Of a DNA stretch of 64,000 bases, positions 9,400 to 18,416 are shown piece after piece. The stretch's first letter is position 1. The number at the start of each line of letters is the position of its first letter. Made by a program: the position numbers and the translations under genes. Source of the stretch: a virus. Lineage: Duplodnaviria; Heunggongvirae; Uroviricota; Caudoviricetes. The stretch is taken from IMG/VR virus record IMGVR_UViG_3300028571_000011; one strand, written 5' to 3'. Below the pieces are notes generated by a model, which saw only the letters and a program-made list of their open reading frames with translations, had not been told where the DNA came from and did no database searches.

Positions 9400-10257
9400 A
9401 TGATCTACACTGTCCACATTGAGAACCCGAAGACCACACCGTCCGTGCATTGGGAATCGGTCAAGTGGCTGAAAACAGTAGAGAAGCTAGAGTTCAAGCC
9501 CGGTCTGAACATTCTCTTCGGCTCCAACGGTACAGGCAAGTCGACCGTTATTTCAGCCATTGCGATGGCTTTCCACTGCTACCAGACCAACTGGCCGGTT
9601 GTCACCAAGCAGAGCGTCAACGCCTTCTTGAAATCGAGTGGCCTCGTCGCCAATGGTCTCACCATCGACCACGACGGTGCTCCTGCCAAGTACCTTGGTC
9701 TCGGAGACATGGACAGCATCCCAGAGAACGCTGTCCGTGTTGACCTCTCCCTGTCGGCACATGGTGCCCACGCTGGTCGACCCGGTCATCTGGTTTCGGC
9801 TGGGCAGAAAACGGTCAGCCGTCTCATCCACTTCCTTCGCAACGACCCCAAGTCTGTTAGCTACAAGCTGAAGTCCAGTCAGGTGACCCCAGAGTTCAAG
9901 CCGGTCTGGACTGCAGCCGTCGAGGCGCTCAAGAACGGCGTAGCCCGCAAGGGAGTTGCCAAGCAGCAGGTCATCCTGCTGGACGAGGTTGACCTCAATC
10001 TTGACTTTGCACACCAAGCAGCGGTCTGGGCACAACTTCGAGAACTTGCCAACGAGGGCAACCACCAGATCATCGTGGCGTCACACTCAGTCTTTGCCGT
10101 CAACGTGCCGGGAGCCCACTACATCGAGACGTCACCCGGCTACCTCAAAGACAGCCGCCAAGCCCTCAAGCTCCTGATGAACGTCGAAGTAGACCAGCCC
10201 ATCAATGGTGTTGCCGTCAAGGCTCCGGTGAAGAAGAAAAGGCTCAGCATTTCATGA
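9400..10257 (+). CDS. ABC-type ATPase (short, no long coiled coil)
   Basis: Walker A GSNGTGKST, signature-like SAGQ, Walker B ILLDE, H-loop ASHS. Confidence 0.85.
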   Translation: MIYTVHIENPKTTPSVHWESVKWLKTVEKLEFKPGLNILFGSNGTGKSTVISAIAMAFHCYQTNWPVVTKQSVNAFLKSSGLVANGLTIDHDGAPAKYLGLGDMDSIPENAVRVDLSLSAHGAHAGRPGHLVSAGQKTVSRLIHFLRNDPKSVSYKLKSSQVTPEFKPVWTAAVEALKNGVARKGVAKQQVILLDEVDLNLDFAHQAAVWAQLRELANEGNHQIIVASHSVFAVNVPGAHYIETSPGYLKDSRQALKLLMNVEVDQPINGVAVKAPVKKKRLSIS

Positions 10258-11432
10258 CGACACGCATCCGATTCCTTCAGACAGGCGACATCCACGTCGG
10301 ACGGAACCGGCTGAGCCTCGGAGAGGCCGGTTCAAACGAACGGAGCAGCAGGCTTCTCGATACACTATATCGAGTTGCACGCGATAACAAGTGTAGCGGC
10401 GTACTCATCACTGGTGATATCTTTGATACAAAGAGTGTTACCAATGCAGAACGTGAGCTTGTAGCCGCCAAGCTCTCAATGTACGCGGGACGAGATGGGA
10501 TTGCGACCTACGTGATCGCTGGCAACCATGACCAAACGACTCGTGGCTCTGGGAACCTAGACTACCTCGCTGAGATCGCAAAGACCGGCGAGGTCGCGAA
10601 CCTCCACGTGTCGTTCGCTGTGCAGGACGTCGTATGGGAAAGCCCAGAGCCCGGACTGTCGATCATCGGTGCACCATGCGAGAAGTCAGAAGACCAGTTC
10701 TGGGTTGAAGAATACGTATCTAAGCTGCCGAAGGACCAGCAGTTTATCTTCATGGGCCATGGAACCATCAAGGGTTGCATGCGCAACGATGCAGGCTACC
10801 GGCCTGATGAAGCCAAGGACAAGAAGCTCAGCCTGACGAAGGCTGCTGAGTCAGCGCCCAACGTGATTTGGTGGGCCTATGGTGACATCCACAAGCGCCA
10901 GAAGCTGCCAACCCTACCAAAGGGATCGAACGGCTGGTACGCAGGCAGCCCGATTCAGATGGACTTCGGCGAGACGGCGGACCGTGGTGTCGTCATTGTT
11001 GCTTTTGACCTCGTGGACGGAGCTTGGGAGTACACCGGCCAGCGGTATGTCCGCATCGACACCCCCGAGAATGGCTTCGCCCCTTTCGTCACGATCATGA
11101 ACGAGGACCAGATTGACGCTACGCCAACCAATGCCCTCATGAAGATCGACAAGGCAGTGACACTCTCCACCGAGAGGATGCAGCAGGTCATTCGTACTTT
11201 CAAGGTTCTGGAGAACAGATCACTTCCCGAGTTACCAGATGATCTGGTGGCTGCCAAGGTCGACGGCGGTGGACTTCTGGAGGCCGTGGACCCGTTGCTG
11301 TCCTCGGCGGATGATGTGGAAGAGGATGTTCTCTCGGCTTTCTCAGCGTCAGATGACGTCGTCATGCTGGAAGCCAAGAGGTCAGTTCGAGCTGCGATTG
11401 ACCGGTTCAGGAATCGAACGTACCTGTCTTGA
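10254..11432 (+). CDS. SbcD/Mre11-like metallophosphoesterase nuclease
   Basis: GDIHVG, GDIFD, GNHD, MGHG and GDIHK motifs; ATGA-coupled to the ATPase. Confidence 0.88.
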   Translation: MTTRIRFLQTGDIHVGRNRLSLGEAGSNERSSRLLDTLYRVARDNKCSGVLITGDIFDTKSVTNAERELVAAKLSMYAGRDGIATYVIAGNHDQTTRGSGNLDYLAEIAKTGEVANLHVSFAVQDVVWESPEPGLSIIGAPCEKSEDQFWVEEYVSKLPKDQQFIFMGHGTIKGCMRNDAGYRPDEAKDKKLSLTKAAESAPNVIWWAYGDIHKRQKLPTLPKGSNGWYAGSPIQMDFGETADRGVVIVAFDLVDGAWEYTGQRYVRIDTPENGFAPFVTIMNEDQIDATPTNALMKIDKAVTLSTERMQQVIRTFKVLENRSLPELPDDLVAAKVDGGGLLEAVDPLLSSADDVEEDVLSAFSASDDVVMLEAKRSVRAAIDRFRNRTYLS

Positions 11433-11445
11433 AGTGAAGCAGTGC

Positions 11446-11475
11446 TTGACTTTCGGTAACGACTCTGGTAAGGAT
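11446..11475 (+). promoter_or_regulatory. Putative sigma70-type promoter (leaderless)
   Basis: TTGACT-N17-TAAGGA-T, ATG at 11481 6 nt after the hexamer. Confidence 0.55.
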
Positions 11476-11480
11476 CACGT

Positions 11481-11663
11481 ATGAGTAATAAACCGCTGGA
11501 GAAGTATGTCATCAACCGACTTGCCAAGGTCGCCGCTAACGACGTCGAAGACGGTGACGAAGTCGCGCTGCGACTTGCACTCAAGCGCCTCGATTTCCTT
11601 GAACGGAAGCTCGCAGCTGCGGATGTGCTGTCCGCTGCCGTGGCGGTTGGTGGCGAGGGTTGA
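11481..11663 (+). CDS. Mini-protein, paralogue 1 of an MSKPL...RLxFLERK..AAD family
   Basis: MSNKPLEK...LKRLDFLERKLAAAD; similar to the ORFs at 11879 and 12088. Confidence 0.75.
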   Translation: MSNKPLEKYVINRLAKVAANDVEDGDEVALRLALKRLDFLERKLAAADVLSAAVAVGGEG

Positions 11664-11667
11664 GCTT

Positions 11668-11871
11668 ATGCCTGAAATCACGTGCGATGGGTGCGCTAGC
11701 ACGTTTGATTACGGGAACTCAGAAACGTCAGCAGCCGCTGTTCGACGCGTGATGAAAACCAACCCGTATTTTGTGGGCTGGAAGATGAACAAGCATGGCG
11801 AATTCTGCCCCAAATGCGTCAGTCGCAACCGCCATTTGAAGCCATCATTCCTTGTTTCTCTGGAAGACTGA
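11668..11871 (+). CDS. Small Zn-finger protein (67 aa)
   Basis: CDGC and CPKC pairs; ATG at 11668 lies within the track ORF 11506..11871. Confidence 0.65.
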   Translation: MPEITCDGCASTFDYGNSETSAAAVRRVMKTNPYFVGWKMNKHGEFCPKCVSRNRHLKPSFLVSLED

Positions 11872-11878
11872 GGAGACT

Positions 11879-12091
11879 ATGAGCAAACCACTGACGGAAG
11901 AGCAGTTCAATCTGGTTGCCGGATGCGCATGGAACACCGACGTGGGCAACGCGATTAGTGCTACTCTTCGACGACTCCGCTACCTTGAACGCAAGGTGGT
12001 TGCGGCGGACAGGATTGCCAATGAGGTCCGCGAGGGCTACGGAGTTCGCGCTGGTCGATTCGCTGTTGACTACGACGAGGTGGCTGAATGA
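11879..12091 (+). CDS. Mini-protein, paralogue 2
   Basis: GAGGAG Shine-Dalgarno; MSKPLTEEQF...LRRLRYLERKVVAAD. Confidence 0.75.
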   Translation: MSKPLTEEQFNLVAGCAWNTDVGNAISATLRRLRYLERKVVAADRIANEVREGYGVRAGRFAVDYDEVAE

Positions 12092-12252
12092 GTAAACCAC
12101 TGACAGAGAATCAGTTGAGGACGCTGGCGATGACTGGTGACGGTCGTACCGATAGGCAGTACAAAGTGGCACAAGCCGCCCTCGCCCGTTTGGACTTCTT
12201 GGAAAGAAGGGCGGTAGCGGCTGACCAATTGGCAATGATGGTGCGCGAGTAG
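12088..12252 (+). CDS. Mini-protein, paralogue 3 (54 aa, absent from the ORF track)
   Basis: Hand translation MSKPLTENQLRTLAMTGDGRTDRQYKVAQAALARLDFLERRAVAADQLAMMVRE; ATGA overlap with paralogue 2. Confidence 0.75.
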   Translation: MSKPLTENQLRTLAMTGDGRTDRQYKVAQAALARLDFLERRAVAADQLAMMVRE

Positions 12253-12293
12253 GACATCGCTTCCTTCTTCGGCTGGAAGACGTAAAGCTAAGC

Positions 12294-12323
12294 TTGACAG
12301 CTTCAACATGATCTGATAGGAGT
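12294..12323 (+). promoter_or_regulatory. Putative sigma70-type promoter for rIIA/rIIB
   Basis: TTGACA-N17-TAGGAG-T, ATG 6 nt after the hexamer (AGGAG could also act as the Shine-Dalgarno). Confidence 0.5.
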
Positions 12324-12328
12324 TCATT

Positions 12329-14386
12329 ATGATTCCTGCACCAAACAAGAATAGCGAAGTCACTGTCGGGTCATTGATGACCTTCGACTACCACATTGGC
12401 ACGGGCAAGGGAAGCCAAGCCGCAATCATGGAGTTGCTGCGCAACAGCCTGTACACGAACAAAGAGCTTGCGATTCTTCGTGAGTTGACGTTCAACGGCA
12501 TCGACATCCACTGCATGTCTGGCAAGGCGGATGTCCCTGTCAACGTGACACTCCCGACCTACATGCAACCGACGCTGGTCATTCGTGACTACGGGACGGG
12601 GCTCAGCCCAGAGCAGATGGTCATGTACACGGGCTTCGGTGAGACGACAAAGCGAGAGACCGATGACGCCGTTGGCTTCATGGGCATCGGCTCGAAGTCC
12701 CCATTCTGCTACGTGGACTCCTTCCAGATCATCTCATACTGCGGCGGCTTCAAGCGCCTGTATGTGACGGCGATGGATGCCTCCAACTGCGGTAAGCTCC
12801 ACCTCCTGCATGAGGAACCCTCCGACGAGGTCGGGTTGGAGATCCGTGTCCCAGTCCAGACGAAGGACATCTCCAAGTTCGTTGCTGCTGCTCAAAGCTG
12901 CTTCCAGTACACCACGGTTCGTCCGGTCATCAATACCGAGATTCCTGCTCCGTCTTTCGATTGGCGCGGTGAGAGCGGCGGGCTCAAGTTCTACAAGGAT
13001 GGTTCCCCCGTGTGGGAAGTCGTGATGGGTGGGGTCCCGTACCGGTTGGACATCCAGAAGATGGCTGCTTCTGTCCCGAAGCACATGATGGTGAACGTCG
13101 GCGGCGTGTTGTTTGTGCGCAACGGCTCGTGCGATGTCGCAGCTTCTCGTGAGGAAGTTCGGTACACTGAGCGCACGATCGAAACCATCGTTGCTTCTTT
13201 CGATGACATGTTCGCTTGCTTCGGCAAGGAGGCTATCGAAGACGTCGTGCTGAGTGACAAGATCTCCTTCTGGGAGAAGCGTCGTCGGATTGCCCCCATG
13301 GTCAAGCTGATGCCGACGATCCAGATCATTCCAGAGGTGAAGGACCTCCTCAACGACAAGATCGCCGTCAGCAAGGACTGCCCGTTCAAGTTCCATTTCG
13401 TGGAAGTCAGCCGGGGTCATCAAGTGCTTCGGCCCACCGAAACGCCTCGTTTTGACGAAGAGACTCGTATCATCTTCCTCGAAAAGCATTCGACCTACCG
13501 TCCGTACCTCCGAGAGATGAACATCGTTGTCGCTTCGCCTTGCACGGAAGGCGCAGACCTTGATGCCTTCAATGCTTGGCTTGACAGCGTCAAGCTGAGT
13601 GGCGTCCCGGTGCTGGGCAAGCAGTACCTTACTGACCGCTCCATCGCCATTGGCGGGTCGACGTCGTCGAAGACTCGTCGCAACACGGGCAAGACGTTTG
13701 AATTCTCTGGTACGGGTTCCTTCTCGTCTCACGAGGAGAAGGCGTGGATTCCTCAGGACCTTCCTGAAGATGAATCCTTTCTGATCGTCCCCATCGACCG
13801 ATGGAAGTGGGCAGCTGGTCTTTTGTTCAAAAACAACGTCCAGCCTGTGCTGAAGAAGTACAAAGTGCACGACGACATTCCTGTCTTCGGTGTGAAGGTG
13901 AAGTACTATGCTGAGATGCTTGCCAAGCACAAGAATGCATTGACATACAACGACATGCGTCAGGCTGCCAAGGAAGCGTCTCTGGCCAACCCCAAAGATC
14001 TGGAGCGGTGCATTCGTATCGTCGCCACGAAAGGCATGTACCGATTCCGGTCAAACCACGTGGTGGAGAAGGGAACCCCAGCCGGTCATCCTTTGCGGAA
14101 GCTGATCGATACGAGTGCGAACGCCAAAGATGAGGACGTAGCGCTCGGGCAGTGCTTCCAAGAACTCGTGTTCAACGAAAACACCGAAAACACCGTCTAC
14201 GGTAACCACTCCGATGCTTCAATCCTCTTGCCACCCCGCTTGATCGTTGAACACGAAGCTGCGGTCGTCTACGAGCAGTACCCACTCCTCCAACTCATTA
14301 TGGGGAACGTGAACAGCAGTCTTGACTTGAAGCATGTGATCGAATATATGTCCATGGTTGACGAGAAGAAAGCAGGGATCCAATGA
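12329..14386 (+). CDS. rIIA: RIIA-like protein (GHKL/HSP90-type ATPase N-terminus)
   Basis: LRNSLYTNKELAILRELTFNGID, IRDYGTGLS, TKRETDDAVGFMGIGSKSPF; followed by an rIIB-like gene. Confidence 0.88.
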   Translation: MIPAPNKNSEVTVGSLMTFDYHIGTGKGSQAAIMELLRNSLYTNKELAILRELTFNGIDIHCMSGKADVPVNVTLPTYMQPTLVIRDYGTGLSPEQMVMYTGFGETTKRETDDAVGFMGIGSKSPFCYVDSFQIISYCGGFKRLYVTAMDASNCGKLHLLHEEPSDEVGLEIRVPVQTKDISKFVAAAQSCFQYTTVRPVINTEIPAPSFDWRGESGGLKFYKDGSPVWEVVMGGVPYRLDIQKMAASVPKHMMVNVGGVLFVRNGSCDVAASREEVRYTERTIETIVASFDDMFACFGKEAIEDVVLSDKISFWEKRRRIAPMVKLMPTIQIIPEVKDLLNDKIAVSKDCPFKFHFVEVSRGHQVLRPTETPRFDEETRIIFLEKHSTYRPYLREMNIVVASPCTEGADLDAFNAWLDSVKLSGVPVLGKQYLTDRSIAIGGSTSSKTRRNTGKTFEFSGTGSFSSHEEKAWIPQDLPEDESFLIVPIDRWKWAAGLLFKNNVQPVLKKYKVHDDIPVFGVKVKYYAEMLAKHKNALTYNDMRQAAKEASLANPKDLERCIRIVATKGMYRFRSNHVVEKGTPAGHPLRKLIDTSANAKDEDVALGQCFQELVFNENTENTVYGNHSDASILLPPRLIVEHEAAVVYEQYPLLQLIMGNVNSSLDLKHVIEYMSMVDEKKAGIQ

Positions 14387-15378
14387 CCTACGTGAGCACG
14401 GTTACGAACAACAACATCACCCTTGTCCTTGATGGGCAGACCACGTCGCTGACCAGTGACAGCGCTCTGTTCCTGCCTTTGGCTGCGGCTCTGCGACGGA
14501 AGGCCCCTGTCGACGAAGTTCGCAAGCTCACGTCGATCGACGGCATGGTGTCGGTATGGTCTGAAGGGAAGTTCTCCGTCGACGAGAGCGGTGCTGTCTG
14601 CAACAGCGATGGTCCAATCCCTCGTCCTCTCCACGATCGGGTCATGGAGTTGATCCGTTTGGGCAAGAGCCCGAAGCCCGTCTTCAACTTCTGGCAGCGC
14701 CTGTCGAAGAACCCCAGCTACCGCTCGGTGAAGCAGCTGTGGGGCTTCCTCCAGCACTGCGGTATCCCGCTGACCAACAGCGGGCACTTCTTGGCGTACA
14801 AATCAGTACGTTCCGACCTCCGCGACCACCACAGTGGGAAGTGGGAGAACAAGCCGGGTAAGACTCTCCGCATGGACCGGAGCAAGGTGAGCGACGACCC
14901 TGCAGAGCCTTGCCACGAGGGCTACCACGTCGGTGCTGAGAGCTACGCTCGTAGCTTCGGTAACGATGGATCTGTCATGCTCGTGTGCCGCGTAGACCCC
15001 GAAAACGTGGTGTGCGTGCCGAACGACTCTTCGATGCGGAAGATGCGGACGTGCGAGTATGACGTTTTGGGCTTCTACAATGGCACCTTGGATTCCACGC
15101 TGATCGAAGACGAAGACATGCCCGACAACACGGACATCACCATCCTCGTCGAGGACCTTGCTGGTGAGGAGGCGTCGCGGACGGTGGAGGTTCCCTCCAT
15201 GCCACGTGAGTTGTCGTCTCGCATCCTGTCGATGTCCATGGATGACCTTCGCCAGTTCGCTCGTCAGGACCTCAAGATCGTTGGCGTGAACAAGATGTCT
15301 GGCGGCAAGGTCGCGCTGCTCGAAGTCGTGCTCTCAAACCTTGCCATGCGGTCAGCGAAGACGGCAAAGAAGAAGTGA
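14383..15378 (+). CDS. rIIB: RIIB-like protein
   Basis: FWQRLSKNPSYRSVKQLWGFL, GHFLAYKSV, MDRSKVSDDPAEPCHEGYHVG and KMRTCEY. Confidence 0.88.
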   Translation: MTYVSTVTNNNITLVLDGQTTSLTSDSALFLPLAAALRRKAPVDEVRKLTSIDGMVSVWSEGKFSVDESGAVCNSDGPIPRPLHDRVMELIRLGKSPKPVFNFWQRLSKNPSYRSVKQLWGFLQHCGIPLTNSGHFLAYKSVRSDLRDHHSGKWENKPGKTLRMDRSKVSDDPAEPCHEGYHVGAESYARSFGNDGSVMLVCRVDPENVVCVPNDSSMRKMRTCEYDVLGFYNGTLDSTLIEDEDMPDNTDITILVEDLAGEEASRTVEVPSMPRELSSRILSMSMDDLRQFARQDLKIVGVNKMSGGKVALLEVVLSNLAMRSAKTAKKK

Positions 15379-15914
15379 GCGATGACATCAAAGAAGGAAT
15401 GACAGTGCGCCCAGCTGTCATTCCTTCTTCTCACACGGTGCGGGTGAAGGTCACTGAGGTCTATCGAGGCACCAGCCCTGATGACTACGGAGACATCGAG
15501 GAATGGGCCTCGCAGCGTCTACGGGAAATCAGGAACAAGTATACTGGTCTCATCTGCGACGATGAAACGCTTGAGCAAATCAAGCTTGAACTAGACCAGA
15601 TGTTAGAAACAGTTGCTGCATGCACTGGTGTCATGCCCACATGGACCTTGAAAGTGAACATGGTCGACATGAATGTCGACATTAGAAGTGATGTGGTTGA
15701 GGACCACGCTGCATTTCTTGATGTTCTAGATACAGGTTTCGACGCCTCAAAGATCCCAGTCAAGGATACAAATAATGAGCATCATCAAGAACTCAGCCAC
15801 GACGACTACCCACAAAATGACCAACGAGATGTTTCTAAAGCTCGTTGCTGTCGACCTTGGCGTCAGCCCAGAGGATGTCGTGATCAAGCCCATCATCTCC
15901 ATGCCGACGCATGA
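15375..15914 (+). CDS. Hypothetical protein
   Basis: GTGA-coupled to rIIB; the last ~45 codons overlap the next ORF and look off-frame. Confidence 0.55.
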   Translation: MSDDIKEGMTVRPAVIPSSHTVRVKVTEVYRGTSPDDYGDIEEWASQRLREIRNKYTGLICDDETLEQIKLELDQMLETVAACTGVMPTWTLKVNMVDMNVDIRSDVVEDHAAFLDVLDTGFDASKIPVKDTNNEHHQELSHDDYPQNDQRDVSKARCCRPWRQPRGCRDQAHHLHADA

Positions 15915-16029
15915 CGCCCTCGACCGACCAATCTCTGGGACGCCGACTGTTTCTGGGTACGACGTTACCGTCACCAAGCGGCAGGCAGGGCAGGCAGTTG
16001 GCAGCCATGGTTACGACCGCGACGACTGA
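15775..16029 (+). CDS. Hypothetical protein (84 aa)
   Basis: AAGGA Shine-Dalgarno; alternative start MTNEM. Confidence 0.55.
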   Translation: MSIIKNSATTTTHKMTNEMFLKLVAVDLGVSPEDVVIKPIISMPTHDALDRPISGTPTVSGYDVTVTKRQAGQAVGSHGYDRDD

Positions 16030-16104
16030 ACTGCCTTCTTGACTTCCTGTTGGGGATTTGTGAGTCTCGCAACGACCCTAACGTTTATCCTAAGCGAGTG
16101 CTGA

Positions 16105-16575
16105 ATGCTAACTGTTGTACAGTTTCTTGAGACGACTGACTCCCCATCTGGTTCATGGAAGAACAGGATCTACACACGGACCCTGCGGAAAATAGGCTTC
16201 ATCGACAACCGCATCTCAACCGACGGAGTCTCACCAAAGCCACGCGAGCACTGGTTGGTGAAGGTGGTCCGAGAGAATCAGCAAGCGGACGGCAAGGGCT
16301 GTTTGATTCTCAAACCGATCAGGAAGATTGAAGAGTCGGAGCAGACTCCTCTCCTGCACGGGGAGTACTCAATCGAGCACATCGACGATGTGGTGATACT
16401 TCACCCACCAGACCCAACGAAGTTCTGGGTGTTCTCGCCGAAGGCCAAGGGAAAGATCCTTGAGTCCGTCAATGCCAACGTGCTGGTCATCAGCCACGGC
16501 GGTACGCTGTGGCCTCGACGCAAGCCAGCCACACAGTTCCTTGACCAAGAAGCTCGCAAGCTGCTGGAGGACTAA
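16105..16575 (+). CDS. Hypothetical protein (156 aa)
   Basis: Protein-like ORF filling the gap between neighbours. Confidence 0.7.
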   Translation: MLTVVQFLETTDSPSGSWKNRIYTRTLRKIGFIDNRISTDGVSPKPREHWLVKVVRENQQADGKGCLILKPIRKIEESEQTPLLHGEYSIEHIDDVVILHPPDPTKFWVFSPKAKGKILESVNANVLVISHGGTLWPRRKPATQFLDQEARKLLED

Positions 16576-16645
16576 ATGGTTCAGTTCAAGAAGAGGAAGC
16601 TTGACAACCGTGATCGGATACAAGGCCCTAACTTCGGCGGCTAGC

Positions 16646-18124
16646 CTACTTCTTCTTGGCCTTGGCATCAGCCCACACTTTGGCGATGGGGCCATGCTCG
16701 TCGTCGAAGATGTGCGCCATCAGCAGCTTGCGGTTACCAACGTAGCCGTGAGCGTGGTGCCAAGCATCGCTGCCAGCGAGTGATGGAAGGTGCTCAACGA
16801 GAACACCGTACTGCTCACTGACCATCTGTGAATGGAAGTGACCTGTGAGCCACATCCAGTACTCAGAGTCAGCCCACATCTCCTTGGCTTCATAGGCCAT
16901 CAGGCCACGAAGGTCTGTATCCTTGAGACCGTCACCGTGGGTGAGGCCAAGCAGGGTCTTGCCGATGCGGAGGTAGTGGCGGTCCTCATCGACAGCATGA
17001 ACCTTCACACCCGGAGTGTTGCGGTACAGGGCCTCAAGCCACAGCACCAACATCATGGTGGAGTAGTAGTCATGGTTGCCACGGACAGCAACAATCTCGA
17101 TGTTTGGTGCGAAAGCTCGCCACATCTCGATGTGCTCGTAAGCAAGCTGCGAACCTTCAATGAAGATGCGGCGGTAGTTGCCGTCGTTGTCTTGAGGAGT
17201 TCCCTTGGTGGTCTTGTTCTGGTGGCTATCGATGTGGAACCAGTCGGCACCAACACCAAGGATGACGCGGTCAACTTCTCCGAGAAGGGAAGCTCGCTCC
17301 ATCACATCGCCAGTTGCGCGAAGCAGGCGCTCCTTGCACACGTCGCGGCTGTAGAAGTCCTCCTTCGCTGCCAAGCGCCAGCCGTCCTTGCCGTAGTGCA
17401 AGTCGGTGGCATGGCTGACCACAGTCAGGCCCCTGCCCTTTCGTGGGCTGAAGCAGACGTCTGGTGGTGGTGGTAGCGAAGCTTCATTGAACACGGAGCG
17501 AACGAACTCGCGCATGTTGGCAGCCTTGGTTGCCAACTCACGCTGCTCTTCGTGCATCTTGCGCTGAGCCTTGACGTAGACTCTTTGCTCGATGCCACGG
17601 ACCATATCAACGACGAGTTCATCTTCGTCAGTGGAGACCAGCTGCTCGTCTGTGAACGGGAGGTTGCTGTGCGTGATGCCGAGACAGGCGAGGATCTCGC
17701 GGACGGTTCGCTTGCTCCACTGGAACGTCCTTGCCAACTCCTGAAGGGAAGCGTTCTGACCTTCATGAGAGTAGGCAGACACCAGCTGCTCAATGCTCTG
17801 CTTCGGAACGGAGAAGATGCCCTTGGGGGACGACTTCAACGAGAAGTGGTAGTCGTTGCCGTCGAAGACGTACTTCTCAGTGGTGGATGCCCTCACAGGC
17901 AACGTGACAGCATCGTCAGCCCTCTTCGGTGCGGAAGCGGTCCTGCTATCCCACCAGCTGCTGATCTTGGCACTGTAGGCTTCCTGCTCGGTCTCAGGGA
18001 TGCCGTACAGGATTTGTCCCTTCTTCCGGTCTACTGGCCACGAGCCGCGTCTACTCCTATTCGACAGAGCGTCTTTGGACAAGCCGCTGAGTTCAGCAGC
18101 ACGAGCGAGTGTCGTCCAGATCAT
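16646..18124 (-). CDS. Calcineurin-like metallophosphoesterase with N-terminal HTH
   Basis: TDLHYG, GADWFHID, VRGNHD, GLTHGD and TGHFH; N-terminal LARAAELSGLSKDALSNR. Confidence 0.85.
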   Translation of the reverse strand: MIWTTLARAAELSGLSKDALSNRSRRGSWPVDRKKGQILYGIPETEQEAYSAKISSWWDSRTASAPKRADDAVTLPVRASTTEKYVFDGNDYHFSLKSSPKGIFSVPKQSIEQLVSAYSHEGQNASLQELARTFQWSKRTVREILACLGITHSNLPFTDEQLVSTDEDELVVDMVRGIEQRVYVKAQRKMHEEQRELATKAANMREFVRSVFNEASLPPPPDVCFSPRKGRGLTVVSHATDLHYGKDGWRLAAKEDFYSRDVCKERLLRATGDVMERASLLGEVDRVILGVGADWFHIDSHQNKTTKGTPQDNDGNYRRIFIEGSQLAYEHIEMWRAFAPNIEIVAVRGNHDYYSTMMLVLWLEALYRNTPGVKVHAVDEDRHYLRIGKTLLGLTHGDGLKDTDLRGLMAYEAKEMWADSEYWMWLTGHFHSQMVSEQYGVLVEHLPSLAGSDAWHHAHGYVGNRKLLMAHIFDDEHGPIAKVWADAKAKKK

Positions 18125-18143
18125 GACTCAGACTGCCTCTGCC

Positions 18144-18171
18144 TTGACACGGCAGGGTGATGACGTATCGT
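18144..18171 (+). promoter_or_regulatory. Putative promoter inside the inverted-repeat segment
   Basis: TTGACA-N16-TATCGT. Confidence 0.45.
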
Positions 18172-18200
18172 GGCCAGACCAACTTTTCAGGAGATCACAC

Positions 18201-18413
18201 GTGTTAACAGGCTTTGTTGTCGCTCGACGGAAGAGCATCTTTGGCATCCCAACGTCCACCTACCTGACCGAGATTTTTGATCCATCGCAGCCGATGGGCA
18301 AGATGCACGTGAAGAGGTGGACTTTGTTCCGTCGTGAAGCAACGAAGTTCCCCAACTTCTGCATTGCGGAAGCGAGCCGGGTCGCTCGTACCGACTACGT
18401 CGAAGCAGTCTGA
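18201..18413 (+). CDS. Small hypothetical protein inside the inverted-repeat segment (70 aa)
   Basis: AGGAG Shine-Dalgarno before a GTG; its TGA lies in the right repeat arm. Confidence 0.55.
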   Translation: MLTGFVVARRKSIFGIPTSTYLTEIFDPSQPMGKMHVKRWTLFRREATKFPNFCIAEASRVARTDYVEAV

Positions 18414-18416
18414 GTC

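Noticed and set aside
12734-13930. 398-aa minus-strand ORF
   Set aside because: Antisense shadow of rIIA caused by codon bias; no motifs.
16576-16644. GTGATC-N3-TACAAG motif copy and 22-aa mini-ORF
   Set aside because: TTGACA is only 12 nt from the TA hexamer and it points into a convergent gene end; probably coincidental or coding.
16832-18160. Plus-strand ORFs of 214 and 202 aa
   Set aside because: Antisense to the motif-bearing phosphoesterase.
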